A model generated the notes under the pieces. It was not told where the DNA came from. It saw nothing but the letters and a program-made list of their open reading frames with translations, and searched no databases. Positions 55,510 through 64,000 of a DNA stretch of 64,000 nucleotides are shown piece by piece (position 1 is the stretch's first letter; every line of letters begins with the position of its first letter). Source of the DNA: the human T2T-CHM13v2.0 reference genome, Homo sapiens. The stretch lies in the NCBI RefSeq assembly GCF_009914755.1, contig NC_060933.1; one strand, given 5' to 3'. A program made the position numbers and the translations under genes.

Positions 55510-57750
55510 CGCTCTTTTGGAGCAATTGTAATAAGCTTATGTTTAATTTCAGTTTCCAACTGTTTTTAGCTAATATGTAGTATGGTTGATATTTATGTGT
55601 TGACTTTGCATTCTGTGATCTTGCTTAACTCACTTATTCGTTTTAGGATTTTTTTTTGTTTTTTGTAGATTCCTTGGGATTTTCTGTGTAGACAAACATG
55701 CAATCTGTAAATAAGGATAGACTTATTTTTTCCTTTCCAATTTGTATGCCTTTTCTTTTCTTACATTACTGTAATGGCCAGGATTCCCAGTACTATGTTG
55801 AATAGTAGTGGGGAGCTTTTTTGGAGCAACTGTAAATAACATTATGTTTTTTATTTCAGTTTCCAATTGTTTTTGGCTAATACGTAATATGGTTGATATT
55901 TATGTGTTGGCTTTGCATTTTGTGATCCTGCTAAACCCACTTATTAGTTTTAAGATTTTTTTTTTTTAGATTCCTTGGGATTTTCTATCTAGACAACCAT
56001 GCAATCTGCAAATAAGGATAGATTTATTTTTTCTTTCCAATTTGTATAGCTTTTCTTTTCTTACATTATTGTAATGGCCAGGATTCCCAGTACTATGTTG
56101 AATAGCAGTGGGGAGATCAGACACACTTGCCTTGGTCCTGATTTTAGGGGAAAAGCATTGAGACTTTAGCCATCAAGTGTGATGCTAGCTTTAGTTAATT
56201 TGTGGTTCCTCGTTTTTTAGGTTGAGAAAGTTTTCTTCTAGCTCTAGTTTTCTGAGAGTTATTATTATAAATGGATGTTTGATCTGGTCAAATGCTTTTG
56301 CCGCATCAACTGATATGATCCTGTGGTGTTTTATTTTTTCTTTAGTCTGTCAAAATTGCAGATAACATTGGTTGATTTTCAAATATTGAACCAGCCTTGC
56401 ATTTGCTGAATAAACCACACCTAGTTGTAGTGTATCTTTCTTTTTATGTATTAATAGCTATGATTTACTGATATTTGTTGTAAACTTTGTGTCCATGTTC
56501 AGAAGAAGAATTGGTCTATAGTTTTCCTTCTTTGTACTGTCTTTGGCTTTGATATCAGCATAATGTTGGCTTTGTAAAATAAGCTGGGAAGTGTTCTCTC
56601 CACTTTTGTTTTCTGGAATAATTTATGTAAAACTGATGTCATTTCATCTTTAAAAGTTTGGTATAATTACCCAAGGAAGACATCTATGCCTGGAGATTTC
56701 CTTTTCAGCATGTTTTAAACTATGAATTCCATTTCTTTAATATAAAACTACTTAAATTATCTATTTTATAGTTGGTGAGTCTTCTTCGTGTTTTTCAAGC
56801 AATTAGAACATTTAAGTTATTGAATTTTGGATAGACTTGTTCATATTATTCACTTATTAAGCTTTTAATGTCTGTAGGTTCTATAGTTAGAACCCCTGTT
56901 TTCTGCCTAACGTTGGTAATTTACATCTTCTCTTCATCTTTGTCAATCTTGCTAGATGTTTATCAATTTTATTTATCTCTTCCAAAACCCCCCACAACTT
57001 TTGGGTTGATTTCCTCTTTTGTTTTTATGTTTTCAATTTTCTTGATTCCTCTTATCTTTATCATTTCCTTTCTTCTTCTAGCTTTTAGTTTATTTTGCTT
57101 CCCTTTTTCTGTCTTGTGGTAGAAACTTACATTGTTAATTTGAGACTTTTCCTTTTCTAATATAAACATTTAATGTTCTAAATTTCTTATAAGCACAGCT
57201 TTAGGTGCATCCAATAGATATTATGTTGTAAATGATACAAATTGTGAATGGATGAGTGATCAACCAATAGCTCTGCTGGTAATTGATTTACTTTTCTTCA
57301 ATAAAGTTGCATAAACCAATGGAAAAAAATTAAAGACTATAATCCATTTTGTGTTAATTTTTGTGTATGATATGGAACATGTAGTAAGGCTTGAACTTTT
57401 TTTCCTCTACAAATATCTAATTGTTCCATCATTATTTATGGAAAAGACTATCCTTCCCTTGCTGAGGTATCTTGGCACCTCTGTAGAAAATCAGTTGTTC
57501 AGACCATAAATGTTCATTTTCTGTTTCTGGACTTCATATTCTCCTCCATTTATTTATATGTCCATTCTTATGCCAATATCACACTATCGTAAATACTGTA
57601 GTTTTATATTAATTATTTAAATAAAATGTAAATCCTCTAGCTTTGTTTTATTTCATAAAGTTGTTTTGGTTATTTACGTCTTCTGCATTTCCACATAAAT
57701 GTTAAGCCTTCCTTGTTAATTTACACAAGAGCTTGGATTGTATAAAATGA
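55510..57750 (-). mobile_element. Old L1M ORF2 fragments containing a ~300-bp tandem duplication (55514-56115)
   Basis: Antisense L1 (ccagtactatgttgaatag...gggaaaagcatt); two near-identical consecutive blocks. Confidence 0.8.
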
Positions 57751-57768
57751 ACTATTTTGGAAGTATGA

Positions 57769-57796
<28 letters not shown>
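57769..57796. repeat. (GT)n microsatellite
   Basis: Read directly from the sequence. Confidence 0.95.
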
Positions 57797-57799
<3 letters not shown>

Positions 57800-59619
57800 C
57801 TCATTGTAATAACATATAATCAGAAATCTAAAAAATAATATTAGGAAATAATATTTTTAATACAAGTGTTCAGGCTTTCAATAGTTAACTATTTAATATT
57901 TATATAGATTGAGGTGACTAAAGAATGTGTTCACCAAAAAAGGCCTAAATTCATTAAGACAGTCTCTGTGAAAAAGGGATGTTAAAGGTTATGAGAAAAG
58001 TTACTAGATCTGCATTTTTAAAATAAAAATGACTTTCTGAGATATTGGACAGAAGCAGCTTTAGTTATTTGGAGGTCGAGCATACATGTCTACTATGATT
58101 CACCATAAAGCCATATTAGCAGCCATTGGCCAGTACATTTCGCATTATTTCCTTTTGCATATTTCATATGATAAATTCCTTTTAAGTTTGAGCACCAATA
58201 AAAAATTAGGCATTTCTTTTTTAAAATAGTAGGCTTCCTTTAATCAGGTATTTTGAATTATCTTTTGATTCTCTTTTCCATTGTAAATTAGCAAATTACA
58301 GAGATTATATTAATTTATTATAAATGTACTCCCATTTTATTTAAAAAGGTGATAGTATTATACATTTTAATCTCTAATCACTGTAAACTATGGAAATATC
58401 AAGCCTCTAATTGAAAATATTCCTGAAAGCATCAGTAGGAAAGAATCAATCTCTTGGTCTCAGTCATGTAGCAAGAGCATTCCATGATTGTTTTAACTGC
58501 ATGCTTACATATTTTAGTTACGTCTTATTGTAAAATGTCAATGCCATTATAGAAATTTCAAATTTAAAAAGTACATCTTGTCCTTGGACACTGTGGCCTC
58601 AAAAGACTAGCTGAAGTTTTTCTTCACCTTAATTATCATTGCTGAACTTGTAGGAGGGGTGGTTTAAATGTGTCAGTGACTTAAAACGAGAATTCTCTCT
58701 TTGATTTGGATAATCCATGAAAACTAGTGATGTTACCTTGTTCATGAAGGAACAATGCAGAGAAGACACCACACTGGCTGTCATGAGAAGAATGGACAAT
58801 AGGAGATGAAGAATGAAAAGACAGAATTCTGCAAGACAACAGTTGCAGTAAAGTTGTTTAGTTTCTTTGCATTGCCACATTAAAAAAAGGAAAGACAAAG
58901 CAGCTAGACATCGAAACAAAACTAAACACGAAACACCAAGGACAATATATTTTTTAAAAACATGGTGACAGGATGTTTTCATGAATCCCAAAATATGGGG
59001 TGTGGAGACAAGCCACCTGACTACAAGTGACATCTTGTGTAGGAGGAAGCAAGGAAAGCATTGGTGGGATGATTCCAGAACAGCAGCTCTAAAAGGAGGG
59101 GTTTGTTTTCTCCAATACCAGTAGGGCTCAAGGGGCTTGTGTAAGATAAGCTGAAGGGGATGGAGCAGTGTAGCTCCTCTGAAATCACCTGCCAGGGATC
59201 CCTTTTAGGGCAGGGACCTACACTGAAGAGAGACTGCTTCTAGTGGAATGAAAATCAAGCAGGATAGGGACAACAAAGGTGACAGAGAGAGAAGGTTTAG
59301 ACTAAAGGGACGGAGGAGAATAAAGGCAGAACATCTCAGAAAGCCAAGTTGACATATTTTTGAGCCCTAGACACAACCAATAGAAGGGAGCTCTGTGAAG
59401 TTTGAAAGGCTTTTCACACCTCTTTCAGAAAATTCAGAAACCTTCACATCTCTTTCTGAAAGTTCAGAAAAACTAACGACATAAAAAATAAAAGTCCTTC
59501 CTACTACACATAGAAATCTTTGGAAACAAAACAATAAACAAGCATAGCAAAACTCTGAAAAGATACATGGAAGAAGATGGGCTGTCCAGAGACATCAAGA
59601 GTTGATGAACTGCAGGGTG

Positions 59620-62600
59620 ATGAGTTCTCTGTTTCCTTCTGCTTCTCATATGCCATGGACAGGGCACTACAGAAACCTCCAACCCAGAACTACCAATAGG
59701 CACAGACAATGAAACAAAAGCCTTAAGAAAAGTGTGTTCTCTTTAGCCAAAGGTCTTGGAATGGATGGGCTATGAATAGAAAAGCTTTTAGCAATATCAG
59801 CCCTACACCAGCCAAACACCAACAGAAAAGCTGTACTACCCTCTACCCTGTGGAAGCAAGCAAGGGAACTCTGATTTCCCAATCTGGTGGTATTGGCAGG
59901 GCCGAGCACAGAGCTAATCTTGCATCCTCTGCCTGGCAGAAGTGGGTGGCAGGAGGAGCTGAGATTCCATGCCTTGCCTGGAAGCAGACAGTGCTCTGAT
60001 TCCCCCACAGGGGTAGTGTCAGTGGGGTCAAACAGTGAGCTGAGCCTTCACCCCCACCCAGCAGCAATGAAATTTGACAATGCAGTAAAAGGCAGAGCTG
60101 GTTACAATGAGGCTTCACCCCTCCAGGCCCTGTCATGAAGGTCCATTGGGTGCTGACCCTTCACCTCCACTTGGCAACAACAAGGCAGAATAGAGTGTCA
60201 TAAGGAAGGGTAGCTGATGTTTTGCTTCTCCCCTTTCCTGATATCAACAATATGCAGAGCCAAGCTGACCCTCCACTCCTACTCATAGCAACAAGGTGGT
60301 GTGAGTCAGCCTTCCACCTTTCCTACCTTCCCTCCCACCCCACAACCCCGAAGGCAGTGGAGCCAGTCAGGGAGCTGGTCACATAGTCACACTCAGAGGC
60401 AACAAGGTGGTGTGAGTCAGCGTCCCACTTTGACCAGGAAGATGACTGTGGGATGAAGAAGGACTTGAACTTTCACCCCACCCATCTGCAACAATGCAGT
60501 GTGAGTCAGTGCCCCATTTTTACCAGGATGGTTTGGAGGAGTCTATTAGGAAGCTGAACAAACACACCCACCTGACCCTGGCACTATACCCACTTAAAAA
60601 AGGTTAACTAGGATTCATGGTCTCATAATATAGAAAATATCTGGGATACAATTTAAAAAATGCTTGACATGCCAAGAATCAGAAAAATCCCACAGAAATG
60701 AGAAAAAAAATAACAGACACTAACACCAAGATAAATCAGATAGGGTATTATCTAACAAGTGTTTTCAGGCAACTATCAAATGCCTCAACAAGCAATTGCA
60801 ATTTTAAAAAAGATTAAATGGATTAAATTTAAAAAAGATTAAATAGAATTCACAGTCTCATAATATAGAAAATATCTGGGATACAATTAAAAAAATGCCA
60901 AGAATCGGAAAAATCCTACAGAAACAAGAAAAAAATAACAGATACTAACACCAAGAGAAATCAGATAGAGTATTATCTAACAAGGGTTTTCGGGCAGCTA
61001 TCAAATGCTTCAACAAGCAATTGCGATTTTTTTGGAGTAAAAAAATAGAAAATTTCACCAAAGAAACAAAAATTACAAAAAGAAACCAAATACAAGTTAG
61101 AGAACTGAAAAATATGATAACCACAATAAAAAGCCTGCTGGATATGCTCAATAGTATAGTGGACATAAAAGAGGATAAAATCAATGAACCTGAAGACAGA
61201 TCAATAAAATTTACCCAATGTGAGCAGCAGAAAAAAAGGTAAGAAAAGAGAACAATTACAGCATGTCAGGGATCTATAAGACAATAACTAAAGGGTTAAC
61301 ATTTGTGTTAACAGAGATCCAGTAGGAGAGAGAGGCACTGAAAAAGTGTCTGAAAAAATAAAGGCTGAAATGTCTCAAATTTGGGAAAAGACATAAATCT
61401 ACAGATTGAAGAATCTGAGTGATTCCCAAACATGGTAAGCCCAAAGACATTGATGCCAAGACACATAATAATTAAGTTTCTGGAAACAAAAAAAAACAAA
61501 GAAAAAAGTCTTGAAAGCATCAGAGAGAAACAACACATTACTTGCAGAGCCTCAATTTAAATAACTTATTTTTCCTTCCTTCCTTCCTTCCCCTTCCTTC
61601 CTTCCTTCCTCTTTCTTTCTTTCTTCCTTTCTTTTCTTAGACAGAGACAGAGTCTCACTCTGTGGCCTAGTCTGGAGGGCACTGGTGCAATCATGGCTTA
61701 CTTCAGCCTCAACCTCCCAGGCTCAAGTGATCCTCTAGCCTCAGCCTCCCAAGCAGCTGGGACCACAGGCACATGCCACCATGCCCAACTAAGTTTTGTA
61801 TTTTTTGTAGGGACAGGGTCTCCCTATGTTGCCCAGGCTGGTCTTGAACTCCTGGGCTCAAGTGATCCTCTTGCTTCAGCCTCCCAAAGTGCTGGGATTA
61901 TAGGCATCAGCTATCACACCTGGCCCAACATTTTCAATCTGAAACCCTGGAGCTGGAAGAAAGTAGAAAGCAATTTTTAAGTACAGAAAAAAAAAAAAAA
62001 AAGAACTGTCAACCCAGAATTCTACATCCAGTGAAAATATCCTTTAAGAATGAGGCCAGACACAATAGCTCACAAGTTGAAACTTAAGACAGGAAAGAGC
62101 ATCAAAAATGAGTAAAAATAAGGTCAAATATGACAGACTATCCAACCTCTCATGAGTTTCTTAAATGATAATTGAGTGTTAAAGCAAAAACTCTACACCT
62201 AATATGGTGTTCAATGTATATGGAGGAAATGCCACAGAAATTTTATTTTAAAAGTGGAGAGAGTAAAGGGGTGTAAATGTAGAAAAGGTTGTTAAACCAC
62301 ACTAGAATTGGTTAAACATCAGTACTAGTAGACTGTGATGAGTTACATATGTATATTGTTATACCTAGAGCAACCACTCAGAAAACTATCCAAAGCTGTA
62401 TGATCAAAAACACTATAAGCCTGGGCATGGTGGCTCATGCCTGTAATCCCAGGACTTTGGGAGGCCGAGGCAGGTGGATCGCCTGAGGTCAGGAGTTGGA
62501 GACAAGCTTGGCCAACATGGAGAAACCTCATCTCTACTAAAAATACAAAAATTAGCTGGGCGTAGTGACATGTCCCTGTAATCCCAGCTACTCAGGAGGC

Positions 62601-63361
62601 TGAGGCAGGAGAATCGCTTGAACCTGGGAGGTGGAGGTTGCAGTGAGCCAGGATGCGTCACTGCACTCCAGCCTGGGCAACAAGAGCAAACTCCCTCTCG
62701 AAAAAAAAAAAAAAAACTATAAATAAAACAAAATAGAATCCTAATAAATATGCAAATAACCCACAGAGAGGGAAGAAATGAGACATATGAACAAGAAACA
62801 CAGGAAACTGGCCGGATGCGGTGGCTCACACCTGTAATCCCAGCATTTTGGGAGGCCAAGATGGGCAGATTACCTGAGGCCAGGAGTTTGAGATCAGCCT
62901 GGCCAACATGGTGAAACCCCGTCTTTACTAAAAATACAAAAATTAGCCAGGTGTGGTGGCACACGCCTGTAATCCCAGCTACTCGGGAGGCTGAGGCAGG
63001 AGAATTGCTTGAACCCAGGTGCTCCAGCCTGGGCAACAAGAGCAAGACTCCATTGCAAAAAAGAAAGGAAGGAAGGAAGGAAGGAAGGAAGGAAGGAAGG
63101 AAGGAAGGAAGGAAGGAAGGAAGGAAGAAAGAAAGAAAGATACGAAACCAACAGCAAGCAAATAACAAAATGGCAGACTTCAGCCCTCATATATCAGAAT
63201 TGCTACAAGGCAATTCTTCAAGTGGTCTACGTACAGTAATTAAAAGACAGAGATTGGCAGAGTGGACTAAAAAACAAAAAACCAAACATGATACAACATT
63301 ATGCTGGATCTACAAAAACTCACTTGAAATACAATGACATAGGTAGACTGAAAATGAAAAG
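59620..63361 (+). mobile_element. Old L1M 5'UTR/ORF1/ORF2-start region interrupted by Alus (~61570-61925 minus; ~62418-62717 plus; ~62810-63060 plus)
   Basis: ORF1-like peptide KRNQIQVRELKNMITTIK...; ccagaattctacatccagtgaaaatatcc; Alu bodies. Confidence 0.7.
63067..63126 (+). repeat. (GGAA)15 microsatellite in an Alu tail
   Basis: Counted directly from the sequence. Confidence 0.95.
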
Positions 63362-63973
63362 TAAACTAGTTCAACCATTGTGGAAGTCAGTGTGGCGATT
63401 CCTCAGGGATCTAGAACTAGAAACACCATTTGACCCAGCCATCCCATTAATGGGTATATACCCAAAGGATTATAAATCATGCTACTATAAAGACACTTGC
63501 ACACGTATGTTTATTGCAGCGCTATTCACAATAGCAAAGACTTGGAACCAACCTAAATGTCCAACAATGATAGACTGGATTAAGAAAATGTGGCACATAT
63601 ACACCATGGAATACTATGCAGCCATAAAATATGACGAGTTCATGTCCTTTGCAGGGACATGGATGAAGCTGGAAACCATCATTCTCAGCAAACTATTGCA
63701 AAGACAAAAAACCAAACACCACATGTTCTCACTCATAGGTGGGAATTGAACAATGAGAACACATGGACACAGGAAGGGGAACATCACACACCAGGGCCTG
63801 TTGTGGGGTGGGGGGAGGGGGGAGGGATAGCATTTGGAGATATACCTAATGTTAAATGACGAGTTACTGGGTGCAGCACACCAACATGGCACATGTATAT
63901 GTATGTAACTAACATGCATGTTGTGCACATGTACCCTAAAACTTACAGTATAATAAAAAAAGAAAAAAAAAAA
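63362..63973 (+). mobile_element. 5'-truncated L1PA4-like element
   Basis: ORF2 C-terminus, 3'UTR and poly-A; TSD gaaaatgaaaag at 63350-63361 and 63974-63985. Confidence 0.93.
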
Positions 63974-64000
63974 GAAAATGAAAAGCATTAAAATAAATGT

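Noticed and set aside
62413-63337. 251-aa (LPSF)n and (RKEG)n ORFs
   Set aside because: Translation of Alu sequence plus the GGAA microsatellite.

Overview
Human/primate genomic DNA, mostly interspersed repeats. It contains the 5' part of a KRAB zinc-finger gene on the minus strand, recognised as ZNF782 (9q22.33) from [13 protein letters not shown]...LVSVG/YCFTKPELIFTLEQGEDPW. Visible parts are a CpG-island promoter (~29.8-30.45 kb), two inferred 5'UTR exons, the ATG exon, and the KRAB-A and KRAB-B exons; the finger exon lies left of the window. A ~2.2-kb promoter/first-intron module is present twice as an ancient duplication (~28.6-30.8 kb and ~49.9-52.1 kb), and both copies keep an identical inverted repeat of AGGTGTGA/CAGGTG sites. 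Between the two copies, on the plus strand, lie the last three spliced exons of a cyclin Y-like gene: the first is disrupted, the last two are open, and splicing would create a new ATG and a 92-aa ORF. One of its introns holds a decayed antisense C2H2 zinc-finger array. The rest is L1 (L1PA2, L1PA4-like, L1PB, L1MA, L1MC/MD/ME), Alu/FAM, MaLR (MST, THE1B, THE1D), MER21, MER1B and local tandem duplications. Repeat subfamilies and most repeat boundaries were judged by eye and are approximate; no database searches were run.
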